From IMG/VR virus record IMGVR_UViG_3300007735_000798, positions 40,737-104,736 of that record: 64,000 bases of DNA. The stretch is one strand, 5' to 3'. The notes under the pieces were generated by a model. It saw only the letters and a program-made list of their open reading frames with translations. It searched no databases and was not told the DNA's origin. Shown here one piece after another: positions 1 through 12,500 of this stretch. Position 1 is the first letter of the stretch; each line of letters opens with the position of its first letter. A program made the position numbers and the translations under genes. Origin of the DNA: a virus.

Positions 1-1380
1 ATAATTATAATTACTATTATAATTATCAATATCAAAACTAATATAAGGTATTGTATTCCAATTAAAATTTATATAATTAATATCGCTATTTCCAGTAAAA
101 TATATAGTAGAACTTTCAGTTACGAATATTAATCCACTACCAGTTTGTTGAAATTCATACCAAAAACCCGTTAATAATCCACTTTTTGCGCCAGTAATAT
201 CTCTTGATTTATATATAAAAATGTCTTCATTAAAATTATCTATATATCCAGTAGCAAAAACAGTTGTATTCGGACGCGCTGGCGATAAACCACTACCCCC
301 ATGAATTGGAATATTATAATAATAATTAACATTTCCAGTTGGATATTGTAATTGTTTTTCAGTAGAAATAAATCCAGTAGATAAATTATTTCCATAATAA
401 TCTGTAAATAAACTAACTGAAAAACCAGAAGATATTCCTGTAATATAATCATCTCCATGAATAAAACCAGAAATTACTCCATAACTTAAACCAGTACTTA
501 AAAATCCAGTATAATATAAATCACCAGTATGCCCAAGATGATTTACTAATGAAATAAATACATCTTGATTTTCAGGAGATTTTGTTTGTAAATTATAATT
601 ATAGTTATAATTATAGGTAATATCATCTACAATTCCTGTAAAAATTGTAACGAAATCTAAATAATAAAATGGTAATTTTTCGACGGGAATATTAAAATCA
701 TAAGAAATATTTCCAAAATTTGTATTAAACAAAAAATAACCATCTATAAAATTTAATTGAAAAACTCCTGTACTAAAAATATTTGGATCTTGATTTAAAA
801 CATAATCTAAAATTAATTTTCCAGATTGTGCCCCAGAAATAAAATCATTATATGTATTATTTAATCTATAATAATCATTATTAACAAAAGATTGTCCAGA
901 AAAAAATTGAAAAGACGAATTATTATTAAATGATATATTTTTAATATATCCAGTAATTTGTTCACCAATTAAATTTTTAAAAGGAAATTCTATAGAATAA
1001 TTTGGGCCAATATTTCCATATATATAAGAATTTAAATTTGTGGAACAATTTTCGGAAGATGCATAAAAATATTTATAATAATTATTATTTTTAGGAGAAG
1101 AAAGACAAACTATATTATTATTTATAAAATAATTTAAATCACCACTATTTATATTGCCAGATATATTTATATTTTCAGATGGATTATAAGACCATACATG
1201 TCTATTATTTATATCATAAATTTTGCCTGTTTTAAAAGTAAATAAATTTAAATTACCATTATCCCCAGAAAAACCAAAAGATGAAATACCACTTGTATTA
1301 TCAATATTTATATTTATTAAATATGATAATATATTTTGTGAAGCGATACTTCGATATTTAGTTCCAGAAACAATATTCAT
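1..1380 (-). CDS. Tail/baseplate-associated structural protein, partial (runs off window start)
   Basis: ATG at 1380 (MNIVSGTKYRS...), 3 nt after the upstream stop. The frame is open at both ends where I checked it. Absent from the ORF track, presumably because it has no stop in the window. SG/TG-rich like neighbouring tail genes. Confidence 0.6.
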   Translation of the reverse strand, partial: MNIVSGTKYRSIASQNILSYLININIDNTSGISSFGFSGDNGNLNLFTFKTGKIYDINNRHVWSYNPSENINISGNINSGDLNYFINNNIVCLSSPKNNNYYKYFYASSENCSTNLNSYIYGNIGPNYSIEFPFKNLIGEQITGYIKNISFNNNSSFQFFSGQSFVNNDYYRLNNTYNDFISGAQSGKLILDYVLNQDPNIFSTGVFQLNFIDGYFLFNTNFGNISYDFNIPVEKLPFYYLDFVTIFTGIVDDITYNYNYNYNLQTKSPENQDVFISLVNHLGHTGDLYYTGFLSTGLSYGVISGFIHGDDYITGISSGFSVSLFTDYYGNNLSTGFISTEKQLQYPTGNVNYYYNIPIHGGSGLSPARPNTTVFATGYIDNFNEDIFIYKSRDITGAKSGLLTGFWYEFQQTGSGLIFVTESSTIYFTGNSDINYINFNWNTIPYISFDIDNYNSNYNY

Positions 1381-1383
1381 AGT

Positions 1384-4020
1384 TTATAACGCATTTAATG
1401 AAGCACGATTAACTCTTGATTCAATCATTCTTAAAATATTATCTGACTCTGTTGGCTGTGGAAGTGGCGGCCTTGAAGAAAAAACTACTTTTGTTTCAAA
1501 CCCCTGATCTGAATAAGTAATATCTAATGAACTTAACCCCTCGGAAACAGATAAATTTAAATTATCTGCTGGATTTCCCGCAAAAGTATATTCTATTTTT
1601 TTTGTTGGTTCTTTATTAACAATAGATTTTGCTAATTGTAATGGAACCTCTCTTGGCCTTGACCAAAAATCATCGGTTTCTGTAACATTATCATCAAATA
1701 TATTTACAGTCGCTACGTTTTTATAATCCTTTAAAAATTTTTCATCGTCTAAATTATAATATATTTTTTGATTATAATCTATCGGAGGTATAAATGTAAT
1801 TTGGCGACGAGTAGTTGTAAAAGTTCGTATAGAACCAAAAGAAGGTGCACATAAAGTTACTGGTGGTTTTCCAAAAAAATTCATTTTTATAGCTTTAGAT
1901 AAAGTACTATTTAAGCCAGTTCTATCATCTGCGCTTGAACTTTGAAGTGGTTCATTTTCACCAAGTTCTCTATAAGCAGCTGATGTTGCTTTTTTTCGAG
2001 CCTCATCCTCAAAATTTAAACATTTACCTTTATCTATTTGATCATCTAATAAATTACATTTTGGAAAACCATTTCCACCACCACCTTCAGCATCAGACCA
2101 TTTTTTTTCTAAAGGATTTAGGCTCGTAGTTATTGTCCAATCAAAAGATTTATATTTCTTCCTAATATAACTATACTTAGGAACTATAAATATCTGTGTT
2201 CCTGTTTTTATATTAGGAAACATTTGATTTAAGTTATTTTCTGCAATGTCAAGTTTTCTTACTACAATATTATCTAATATTTCAGCTTTATCATCTTCAT
2301 TTAAACCTATTAAGCCAAGAACTTGATTTGGATCATGGCTAAAATTTCCACCACGTTCGTACCATTTTTTACCTTTGAATTCGCTACTTGGAGTTTCTAT
2401 TCTTGTTGCTTCTGGGCTAGCGCTAGTACTTACTGTCATAAAAAATTTCGGAGTACAGATATATGATGTAAAAGGTTGAGTACCTTGATAATAATAATAT
2501 TTTCCATACAAATTTAAAATTTTTTGTTCAAGATCAAACCATGTTTTAGCCAAACCCTCAATTTCTACTCCAACCCAAAACCAAAATGCTTCTCCTGCAA
2601 ATTTTTTTGGTTCACCAGCGTTATTTTTACCTACAAATTCTATTTCTAATTCTTTAATACGCTGTAATTCTGCATTATCTACTAAAAGATCATATATGTT
2701 ATTTATTTCTTCTTGTTTTAAACGATATAAATAATTTTCTCCACGTTCAGATAGAGCGGCCCCATAACTTAATTCTGGTTGTGGAGATCTTAATGTTACC
2801 CCCACATTTTTAAATACTTTATAACCAACTTTTTCCTTTAAAGATTCATTTCCCAATACTTCCCATATTAAATTATATAAATATATTTCTCTTATTTCTG
2901 GACTAAAATATCCTAAAAACGCAGCACTTAAAAACTGATGTTCTTCTCTCCCGCCCCAAAGAGCAAGTTCTGCTGCTAAAGGATCATCAAAACCTTCTTG
3001 AACTTCTACAACCTCACCATTAGTGTTTTCATATAAAGAAACATTTTTATATTCATTTATTTTATCTAAAGTTCCATCGTTTCTTAAAAAACGACTAATA
3101 GGGACCGCATGCATAAAATCATACGCAGATTCTTCAAACTCTCCAGTTTGTGTTCCCATAGGTTCTTTTGGTTTTTTTGTATAAGCCATTGCATAATTTA
3201 TAAAAGTATTATCTAAAGAGCTACTTGCTGTTTTTGCAATCAATCTTGTACTTGTAATATCTGGTAATTGAAGTTTAATCCCCTCATTTAATACATAAGT
3301 CTTAATTTTATTATTTGTAAAGTCCCAATAAAATCCAATACCACAGGCTTCAGCCCAAGATTTTAAAACAGTTCTTAAAGACCCTTCTGTATTTTTCTTT
3401 AATTCTGGTGGGGCTGTAAAATCAACACCCTCTACAATATTATAGTTTTTTAGTATATTTTTTAAATTTTCTAATGTATAGTATGTTTCTGGAATATCGC
3501 ATTCTGTTTTTGGAAAAGATTCTTTTCCAAGATAAATAATATTATTTTTTACACCGTAGGCTTCATAAACTTTTTTTTGGACTTCTTGATTTTTTAATTT
3601 TACTAAAGTAAATGTTCCTATTTTTCGTGAATAAATAGGAACTACATCTTCGTTGTCAAACTCGACAATTTTTTTTCTTAAAACTAAATTTCCATCAATT
3701 CCAAATTTACCACGCTCCCATTTTTTAACATAATATCTATCTAAAATAACACTATGGTCTTTAATTTGTACTTCTAATATTTTATCTTGAAGAGTTTCTT
3801 TAATATCATAAGACCATATTATACCATTGAATGTAAAAGAACCAAAAGAAATTTTTATAGGTTCATTTAATATCGGTAATGGATTATAATCACCATCTTT
3901 ACTAATAATATTTAAGGTTAGAACGGATGGCTCCTCAGAATAACCAATTTCTAAATTTAATCCATAAATTACCCCGCCAAAATTTGGGCCTTCTATTATT
4001 GGTACTTTTGAAATTTCCAT
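1384..4020 (-). CDS. Tail tip/baseplate hub-like protein
   Basis: 878 aa; downstream of TMP in the tail operon; assigned by position. Confidence 0.45.
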   Translation of the reverse strand: MEISKVPIIEGPNFGGVIYGLNLEIGYSEEPSVLTLNIISKDGDYNPLPILNEPIKISFGSFTFNGIIWSYDIKETLQDKILEVQIKDHSVILDRYYVKKWERGKFGIDGNLVLRKKIVEFDNEDVVPIYSRKIGTFTLVKLKNQEVQKKVYEAYGVKNNIIYLGKESFPKTECDIPETYYTLENLKNILKNYNIVEGVDFTAPPELKKNTEGSLRTVLKSWAEACGIGFYWDFTNNKIKTYVLNEGIKLQLPDITSTRLIAKTASSSLDNTFINYAMAYTKKPKEPMGTQTGEFEESAYDFMHAVPISRFLRNDGTLDKINEYKNVSLYENTNGEVVEVQEGFDDPLAAELALWGGREEHQFLSAAFLGYFSPEIREIYLYNLIWEVLGNESLKEKVGYKVFKNVGVTLRSPQPELSYGAALSERGENYLYRLKQEEINNIYDLLVDNAELQRIKELEIEFVGKNNAGEPKKFAGEAFWFWVGVEIEGLAKTWFDLEQKILNLYGKYYYYQGTQPFTSYICTPKFFMTVSTSASPEATRIETPSSEFKGKKWYERGGNFSHDPNQVLGLIGLNEDDKAEILDNIVVRKLDIAENNLNQMFPNIKTGTQIFIVPKYSYIRKKYKSFDWTITTSLNPLEKKWSDAEGGGGNGFPKCNLLDDQIDKGKCLNFEDEARKKATSAAYRELGENEPLQSSSADDRTGLNSTLSKAIKMNFFGKPPVTLCAPSFGSIRTFTTTRRQITFIPPIDYNQKIYYNLDDEKFLKDYKNVATVNIFDDNVTETDDFWSRPREVPLQLAKSIVNKEPTKKIEYTFAGNPADNLNLSVSEGLSSLDITYSDQGFETKVVFSSRPPLPQPTESDNILRMIESRVNRASLNAL

Positions 4021-4059
4021 AACCTTTTACCTTTTATATTATATCCTTTACTGTATAAT

Positions 4060-5964
4060 TTACACAAAAAAATCTTCAGTATTATTATAAATTATATAAT
4101 TATTTTTATTTTCATAAAAATCTCCAGAAAATAAATCAAAGTTACTATTTTCTACATAATTATTATTTAATTTTTGTTTAATGCCATTCAAATAAACCTG
4201 TGAAGAAGTTTTATTTAAATTTTTTGTTTGTATTTTTAATGTTGATTCATTTCCCGTAATATTGTTTAAAGTTGGAATTGATTTAATATATACATAATTA
4301 TTTCCAGAAGGTATATTTAAATTAAAAGTATTATTTCCAGTATAAGTTATTCCAGATATTAATTTTTGCCCATTAACAAATACAAATTTATTATTAAAAT
4401 TTTTTCCAGCCAATTGCATTCCAGAATGAATTCCAGTAATAGATAAAAATTCAAAATCACCAGTAAATCCATCATAAAAAAGATCATCATTTCCATTTAT
4501 AAGATTATTAACGTAAATTTCATTGCCAGTAATAAAATAGTCATTATTAGTTCTAATAAAAGTATCATAACCAATTGTTTCTAAATAATATCCAGAATCT
4601 ATAATAAGTTGACCATTACAAAATACTAATGTTCCAGAAGTTAAATTATTTTCAGTGGTAAAATTATTTTTAATAAAATTAAAATTTAAATTTTTATTAT
4701 AATTTAAATTTTTATCCTGATAAGATTCATAATATACTTCAACAATATCATTCTGTTTATTTATTTCTGATAATAAAGAAATTTCGGAAAAAGATAATGA
4801 TTCTAAATAATCTGTATCTTTAAAAAAGATACTCGCGCCAGTTTCTAAAAAAACTCCAGTACAAATTTCTCCAGTAATATAAACTTGTTTTGATCCAGTA
4901 ATTTGACCAGTTAAAGGTATTTGGTTATAACCAGTAAAAGAAATTATTCCAGTTTGTGGAAAATTATATGAATAATTTATTGTAATTAATCCAGATAATG
5001 GTGTTTGACCATAAATTGCAGATGTGATATTACAGTTATTACTATAATATCCTAATAAAATATTATTATACCCAGTAACGCCACTATATGAATAGCCAGT
5101 TACACCAGTTATATATCCAGTAATTCCAGTAATATTTAAATTAGAACTGTTTGTTAAAAATCCTGTTATTCCACTTGTTGAAAATCCAGATTCTATAAAA
5201 TAACCAGTAGTATAACATGTATTTTGTATATATCCAAGTTTACCACTATAAATATGTAATATACCGCTTACAATATATTGATTATAAAAAAATGGAATAT
5301 TTTTAAATATAAAAAATTTATCTACATATCCACTAAAATTAGAACTATTATTAGCCCAATTTATATTTGGATATATCCCACCAAGAAATAATTGGTCAGA
5401 TTGTTTAAATACATTATTTTTTATATAAAATGTTTCTGTTTCAAATGATAATGTATTATTATTTAAATTACCCATCGTTAATACATTATTATTGCGATTT
5501 ATTATTATTAAATTTTTATTCGCTAAAATATTTGAAGCAGTAAAACTAAATACTCCTTCTACATTATTCCAATATTTAAAATATAATTTATTAGCATTAT
5601 TAACTCCAAGACAAAACCCAGAATATGTAGAAAAAGAATTTCCAGTAGCGGAAGAAAGTAAAATTTCATCTCCAGTTCTTAATTTTTCATAAGAAAGTAA
5701 TATCGTATCATTATCAAAAGTATAAGGAGCATTTAATTTCATTATTGTTGAACCATTAAAATATCCAGTTCCACTATATTGAAAAAATGTACCAGTAGAT
5801 CCAGTATTTAAAATACCAGAAAATGAATTTATAGCCCAATTATCTGGAGGTACAGTCTGATTATTAATTAGTGATTTATTATAAAAACTAAAAGCAGCTG
5901 TAGCACTAGAAATTGGAACCCCAATCTGGTCTAAAAAATACGGCATTCCAGTAAAAAATATCAT
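4060..5964 (-). CDS. Tail structural protein (LamG/ConA-like N-terminal region, TG/SG-rich)
   Basis: 634 aa; LFLGG...FSGYVD LamG-like motif; repeated (F/Y)xNGQ motifs; tail operon. Confidence 0.5.
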   Translation of the reverse strand: MIFFTGMPYFLDQIGVPISSATAAFSFYNKSLINNQTVPPDNWAINSFSGILNTGSTGTFFQYSGTGYFNGSTIMKLNAPYTFDNDTILLSYEKLRTGDEILLSSATGNSFSTYSGFCLGVNNANKLYFKYWNNVEGVFSFTASNILANKNLIIINRNNNVLTMGNLNNNTLSFETETFYIKNNVFKQSDQLFLGGIYPNINWANNSSNFSGYVDKFFIFKNIPFFYNQYIVSGILHIYSGKLGYIQNTCYTTGYFIESGFSTSGITGFLTNSSNLNITGITGYITGVTGYSYSGVTGYNNILLGYYSNNCNITSAIYGQTPLSGLITINYSYNFPQTGIISFTGYNQIPLTGQITGSKQVYITGEICTGVFLETGASIFFKDTDYLESLSFSEISLLSEINKQNDIVEVYYESYQDKNLNYNKNLNFNFIKNNFTTENNLTSGTLVFCNGQLIIDSGYYLETIGYDTFIRTNNDYFITGNEIYVNNLINGNDDLFYDGFTGDFEFLSITGIHSGMQLAGKNFNNKFVFVNGQKLISGITYTGNNTFNLNIPSGNNYVYIKSIPTLNNITGNESTLKIQTKNLNKTSSQVYLNGIKQKLNNNYVENSNFDLFSGDFYENKNNYIIYNNTEDFFV

Positions 5965-7574
5965 ATTAAAATATCTCCTTGATAACTATAATTTTCTGTT
6001 ATTTCATATATTTTTGAGAAAGCATCTTTTTTAATAGTTCTTTTTTCTAACAAGTAATTTTTATTTAATATATTATATACAGTTTTAATTCTTTGTAATT
6101 CTGAATTAACTTCGCTAATTGCGTAATCAATATTTTTATCTGGTTTCGCAACAGCAGATATATTTAACTCTAGTTGCGCGAGATTTGCACAATTTATATC
6201 TTGAATATTATGCTCTCTTTTTTGGGTAATAGATGATTTTGGTACATAAATAGATATTGATGGATTATATTTTAAACTAGACTTCATTGTAATTACATTA
6301 TCTGAAAAAGGTTTTCTTTTATCAGACCAAGAAGCTGTATATTTAATTTCGGCACCATATTCATTAAAAGTAATTGATTCCGTCAGTGGCTGTGAATAAA
6401 GACTACGACCAGTAATTTCTTTTTTATATTCAGTATTAGCCAAATTAAAAGCATTAAAATTACCACTATAATAATCTTTTACTAATCCCCATCTCGTATT
6501 AACGTCTCCATATTTTCCAAAAATTGTGGCATCTAATTTTACAGTAGTAATATTTTTTATAGGATCGGTAGTTAAATCAACATTATAATTATTTGTAATA
6601 TTAGATAATAAGTCGCTATTATAAGTTAAATTAAAATTTAATTTTTGATTATTGAATTCTTCTTGTACTGATTGGGTAATAGGATTTGAATTTAATGTTG
6701 TACCAAACGTTTTTAATGAAGCCTCGTTTGCTATATTATAAAAATTATAGTCAAAAAATCCTGATCTTAAATTATTAGAAGTTGTCCCAGTCACAATATT
6801 ATTACTTAAAGACCCATCAATTTTAACAGTAATAAGCCCATCTTCAATTCCAGAAGAAATATCTAAATTATAATCAAGAACTGCATTCGCAGGTGACTCC
6901 AAAAAATTTGATTTAACATAAGACCCCTCCCAAGAATATGTACCATCAAATCTGTTTACTGTTTCCTTAATTGATTGTAATAAAAAATTAGAACCATTAC
7001 CCGTTTGAGCAAATATTGGCGTAATTTTATTATAATTTCCAGTTCTAGTTTTTACCCAATTTTTAGCACTTTCAATTGCATTTAAATTTCCAGTTTTTAA
7101 TCCTTTTGCGGATATACTATGTGTTAAATTAACAATAAACCCATTCTCTTCTGAAAAATCAATATTCTCTTCTGGGTCCGTTACTCCATAATATTCGGTA
7201 AAAAGACCACTTTCATATATTTCAAAATCAATTGTAAAAGGTAAGATTCCATAAAATAATCCTTCATCCGTTTTAATTGAATCAATAATCACGTTATTGC
7301 CAGAAAATAAATTTTCAGAATTTTCATTAATAACTAAAGTACCATAATTATTACTTAATCTATTAACAAGTAAATTCAAACCACTATTTAATTCATAAAA
7401 AGACAATTGTCCTAAATTTTTTCCAGTAATTTGACCATTTAAAGTCATTTTAGTGACTTGATTCCATTTAGTATTAAAATTAATAAAATCTTGATTTATA
7501 GAAATAAAAGGGGTCGGTGATATACCATCAAATAAATCAGTATCATTATATAATATTTTGATATTATTATTCAT
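5961..7574 (-). CDS. Tail structural protein
   Basis: 537 aa; overlaps both neighbours; repeat style (INKFDG/VNRFDG) shared with 7574..9544. Confidence 0.5.
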   Translation of the reverse strand: MNNNIKILYNDTDLFDGISPTPFISINQDFINFNTKWNQVTKMTLNGQITGKNLGQLSFYELNSGLNLLVNRLSNNYGTLVINENSENLFSGNNVIIDSIKTDEGLFYGILPFTIDFEIYESGLFTEYYGVTDPEENIDFSEENGFIVNLTHSISAKGLKTGNLNAIESAKNWVKTRTGNYNKITPIFAQTGNGSNFLLQSIKETVNRFDGTYSWEGSYVKSNFLESPANAVLDYNLDISSGIEDGLITVKIDGSLSNNIVTGTTSNNLRSGFFDYNFYNIANEASLKTFGTTLNSNPITQSVQEEFNNQKLNFNLTYNSDLLSNITNNYNVDLTTDPIKNITTVKLDATIFGKYGDVNTRWGLVKDYYSGNFNAFNLANTEYKKEITGRSLYSQPLTESITFNEYGAEIKYTASWSDKRKPFSDNVITMKSSLKYNPSISIYVPKSSITQKREHNIQDINCANLAQLELNISAVAKPDKNIDYAISEVNSELQRIKTVYNILNKNYLLEKRTIKKDAFSKIYEITENYSYQGDILI

Positions 7575-9544
7575 TATGAATATTTATAAACCTCCTCATA
7601 ACCTATTATTTGCTCAATTTCATCAGAAGTAAAATTACAAGATTCTAAATATTTACCAGAATTTCCACCAAAATAATAATTTCTTAGTTGTGTTTTTAAA
7701 GTATCAAAATATAATAAACCATTAAAAATTCCCGTTTGACTTGTTAATCCGATATCTGCTTTACCTTCTATGGTAAAAGTACCCTGTTGTTTCAAATCTC
7801 TATTATGCACTAATTCATATTTATTATTTGGAATTATATATTTTTTAAAATAAGGTGTTAATTGCGTACCAGAACTTCCATCATCAGAATAAGTAATATC
7901 TAATTTTTTGATATCTCCTAAATCTGTTCTAATAGTTGGATCATCAGTATAAGTATAATTATAAGTAATTTTCCCATCAAATGGCGTTCTTGTTATTTGC
8001 TTATCAATTAAATTTATACCACTAGAAGCTTTTTCCAAAGCCTGTCCAGACCAAAAAGATTTTAATCTTGACTCTATTCCTGTTTTTACTACTGCCCAGC
8101 CAGTTTCTGCACTTAAATATTTTGCAGAATTAATAATAGAATTTTTTTCTCCAACACCAATTATTGAACCTTGTTCATTAACACTCCATATGAATTGCTC
8201 ATTACGATTTAATGTAGAAGTATAATCAAAAATATAATTTTTAGAAAACTTTTTATCATTATTAAATGACACATCATATTCAATATTTCCATCAAATTTA
8301 TTTATACGAACTGTTTTTTCAGCCAAAACAGTATTTAAAGCATCAATTATATTAAATTTATTTTTATAGGCTTGGAAAAAATTATTACAACGTAAATAGG
8401 CCCCAGTAATTTCTTTATTTAAACCAATTACGGCATTTTCATATAAACTTGGAATATTATTTTCAGCTTTAATTGAACAATTTTCACCTACATTAGCTAT
8501 ACCATTATTATCTAATGAAATATTTAAATTTCTATTTATAGAATAAGGTTCTAAATTATTGTTAGTAGAATAAGAAAAAGTTTTAGTAAATCCACATTTT
8601 CCGTTAATAATATCATAAGATTCATTTCTTAATACTTTATAAGTTCCTTCTTGTCTAGTCGAATAATTGTATTCTGATAAATTTATTGGAATAGACTTAT
8701 TTAATAATTCTACGGCTAAACTTTGAGCCAATGTTATTACATTAATATCTTTATTATCAGCATTATATTCAATATCTATAGAATGTGTTCCACCTAATAT
8801 TTTTGTATTATTATCAAAATCAAAAGTAAAATTTTCACTAAAACTTTTTATAAGATCAAATCTTTTATTTGATAAATTTAAAATATAATCATTATCAATA
8901 GCTAAAGTTGTATTACCCGCAAAACCTAAAAATCCAAGAAAAGTTATTCCAGTTGGTGGGGTCATTTCACTACTAGACCTTTGAAATCTTGGCGTATTAG
9001 AGGATCCAACCCCTGTAACAGGCGATATTCTCCATTGCGTACTAGACGCATTCCACAAAGCATATATATTTGTAGTATCATAATAAATTGGTCTAGAATT
9101 CAAAATTTGATTTGTTTTATAAAATTTATATCCCGAAAGATTTGGAGATGCACCAGAGGTATTACTAACTATATAATTTGAAGAAATGAATTCTTTTGAT
9201 ACTAAACTTTGTAAATTTGCTGTTGTATAAATTTCAATATCTGCATTATATTTTGTAGAACGTACCCAATTCCCTTCGTCAAAAGATAATGATGTAATTT
9301 TTCCGATACCAAAGTTTTGACCTTTTATTATTATATTATAAAAATTTTGGGCAATATTTTTAATTCTATTTACATCTGTAAAAATATCTTTAACTCCGAC
9401 CGTGTTAGTTAAATCTAAAACATAACCACGAATAGAAAGTGTTTTTGTCGTTGAGTATTGAAATGATTTTTCACCCAAAAAATTATTTTGGTGGTTATAT
9501 CCAAGCACCTCAATGTTATCTAAAATTAATGTTTCAAAAGACAT
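7574..9544 (-). CDS. Distal tail-type protein
   Basis: 656 aa, immediately after TMP. Confidence 0.5.
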   Translation of the reverse strand: MSFETLILDNIEVLGYNHQNNFLGEKSFQYSTTKTLSIRGYVLDLTNTVGVKDIFTDVNRIKNIAQNFYNIIIKGQNFGIGKITSLSFDEGNWVRSTKYNADIEIYTTANLQSLVSKEFISSNYIVSNTSGASPNLSGYKFYKTNQILNSRPIYYDTTNIYALWNASSTQWRISPVTGVGSSNTPRFQRSSSEMTPPTGITFLGFLGFAGNTTLAIDNDYILNLSNKRFDLIKSFSENFTFDFDNNTKILGGTHSIDIEYNADNKDINVITLAQSLAVELLNKSIPINLSEYNYSTRQEGTYKVLRNESYDIINGKCGFTKTFSYSTNNNLEPYSINRNLNISLDNNGIANVGENCSIKAENNIPSLYENAVIGLNKEITGAYLRCNNFFQAYKNKFNIIDALNTVLAEKTVRINKFDGNIEYDVSFNNDKKFSKNYIFDYTSTLNRNEQFIWSVNEQGSIIGVGEKNSIINSAKYLSAETGWAVVKTGIESRLKSFWSGQALEKASSGINLIDKQITRTPFDGKITYNYTYTDDPTIRTDLGDIKKLDITYSDDGSSGTQLTPYFKKYIIPNNKYELVHNRDLKQQGTFTIEGKADIGLTSQTGIFNGLLYFDTLKTQLRNYYFGGNSGKYLESCNFTSDEIEQIIGYEEVYKYS

Positions 9545-9550
9545 ATCTTA

Positions 9551-12500
9551 TTACGGTTTCGAAGGCGGAACTTTTATTCCCATTGCACTTTGTATTTCTC
9601 TAGTAATTCTTGGAATTTGTTTTTGAATTTCAGCCGCGACAGCTGAAGCTACATCTCCACCACTTTCGGCATTTACGACAAGATTAATTGGAGCATTTGT
9701 TGTATTTGCTATTGATGGTGAATTTATACCTTGATTATTTTGCATATTAGAAGCGTCTGTAGTATTTTGTAAACTAGATAAGGAAGTATTAAGATTTTGA
9801 ATTGCGCTTAGTAATGAAGTCAATGCGCTTGTATTTGTATCTAAACTTGATTCTATTTGCGTAAAAGACTGTTCTGAGACAGCAAAATTCGGAATATAAC
9901 CACGACTCATTAATCCCGCAGATTTTTGTCCTATCATTGAGTCATTCAATGCTTTATCTAATCCGCCATGATCAGCTATTGCAGATGCAAATGTAGGTTG
10001 ACTACTATTTCTAATATGTGGAAAAGGTTTAGTGCCATAAATAGCTTTATTACCACTAAGGCGTTCTTCAAGATCCATTACTGAATTTTTGTATGCAAAA
10101 TTTGGAATAAAGCCACCAGCCAAATTATCAGGTGTGGTCCCAGGTGGTAGTTTACCACTTTTTAAAAGTTTCTCTTTTAATTTTAGAGTTTGTGCTTCTG
10201 CAAATACAGTTCCATTCGTTGAAGATATGAGATCTGGTATCATAGCACCAGTAGTTAGTAGATCTTTTCCAGCCCCAATACCTAGACTAGTAATCGCCCC
10301 ATAAACAGCCGCTAATGGATTTTTTCCGATAGCTAGACCACTAGCGGCCCCACCAACAGCAGTTGAGAATATTTTTTCGAGTTGATCAATATAGGGGTTT
10401 TCCGATTTTTTTCCACCATGAAATAAATTATCTAATGCATATTGAGTACTAGCTTCCGCACCAATACCAATGGCTCCAGATTTAAATATATTTTTAGCGC
10501 TATTCGCTACCGAAGCAAGTTTTGTTGTACTATTAACTTGGAATCTATTCCAAATATCTTCAAAAAATGGAATAAGGCTATCGAGAGTATCTTCTAATCC
10601 AATAGTTCTACCAAATTTCGCATTTTTATTTTCTTCTGCGAAATTTGGAATAAAGCCTTTTGCCATACCTATGGCTTTTTGCATATTTCTTGTCAATACG
10701 GCTGTTTGACCACTTCCCCCAAAATTATCAACAAGTTTTTCTCCACTATTAATAAAAGCAGGAGATCCATTTAAATTTGGAATAAATTGTGGTCGATCTC
10801 CAGGTTTTGCCCCTCCAACTCCACGACCGATATCTCGAGATTCTTTATTGTATCCAGGTAAAAATCCTTTTGCATTTGATGTCGACTCTACAGATTTATA
10901 TTTTGCTATTGGTATATAAGGAGTTGGATTTCCAGGCTCCCCTGTTCGTTCTAAAATTTGTTTTAATATATTGTTTGTAATATTAATTGCTTGTACCGTA
11001 GGATCGCTTGAAAGTATTATATCATCTTTATAACTTGTCAGCATCTTTTCTAATGCTTGTTTTTCTTTGGTGTCGCTTGTAGTTTTTATTTTATCACGAA
11101 TTTCTTGTAACAGACTTTCATTTGTTACACCAAGCGCTTGCGCTACTTGGATTTTTGCAATGAGTTCTTCTCCACCCAGCGCTTGTGTTTGTTTTAATGC
11201 GGTTAGAAGCTCTGTTTTAAATTGATCAGGTAAATTTTGATTGCCTTGAACCTGTTTTGTCAATAATTGTATTTTATTAGTAAGATTTTGAGATAAACCA
11301 GCTACAATTTCTTTATAAATTTGACTGTTGGCATCTGGTGTATATCCAGTAAGTTCTTGTAAAGATTGAACATATTGTAAAGCATTACGTCCATATTTTG
11401 GTAATAATTCTTTTCTAGCTCTTTCTGCTTCTGATCCTTGATATCTATATTCACCAAATTGATTAGTTCTAAATACCCCTTTAGTATTTAATGCAGCAAC
11501 TGTATTAGCTGACTTCGCAACTTTATCAAAAGCACTTTCTCCATATTTGGGTGGATTTATAAATTCTTCAATGCCACCGCCAAAATTTTGAGCTTGTTTA
11601 ATTGCATCCACAAGTCTTTTTTGAGTAGTTTCTTGTGCAAGTTTAACTTGTTTTTCTTGTAGCAATTTGGCGGCTTCTTCCGCTTTATCATTTCCCTTAG
11701 ATGTTATACCAATTAGCTCACTTAATTTGTCTTCAAGTGGTTTTCCAAAAAAACCAAGATTATTCAATAATGGAGTAAATATTTCCGATAAATATTCAGG
11801 CTGTAAATTTTTCTTATCTATAATTTCAGAGTTGATTTTTTCTATAAATGCGTCTATAACTGGAGATTTACCATTTTCTGAAATGTTAAGTCTAGTTCTT
11901 AAGTTTTTATCACTGTCTAATTGTTCTTTTGTCGGTAGGACAGCATCATTTATGGCTGTCGCCATCTCAACCATTATATCATCAACTGATTGTTCAAAAT
12001 CAATATTTAATTTTGCAAACTCAGATTTTAGTTCAAAATCTTTTGTCATGCGAGATTCCTGCCCAGTAAGTTGTGATATAAGTTGTGCTGGATTTGTAAA
12101 TTGTTCAGTGTACGAAAATTCTCGAGCAAAACTTCTCTTTTTTTGTTCTATAACTATTGATTTTTTTGCCAAATCAATATTTTTTTGCAATGATTTAATC
12201 ATTGCTTCATTAGCTTTAGCAGCACTTAATTGTGCATTCTCTGTATCTCTTAAGGCTTGTGCATATTGATTAGAAGATGTTACATTTTGTCTAGTAGCAT
12301 AATTAGCATCACTAGCAGCCCTCTGAAGAACTATGAGTGTATCGAGATAATCCTGATTAGTTCGTTTTGCAGCATTTATGGTACTTTCTATAAATTCCGC
12401 GCTTCCTACTACACCTCCCAATGAGTCTTCTAATATTGTTTGTAAATCTTTAACTTTTTCTTCTAATGGGCGGGCATCTTTTTTATATTCTCCAGTGTCA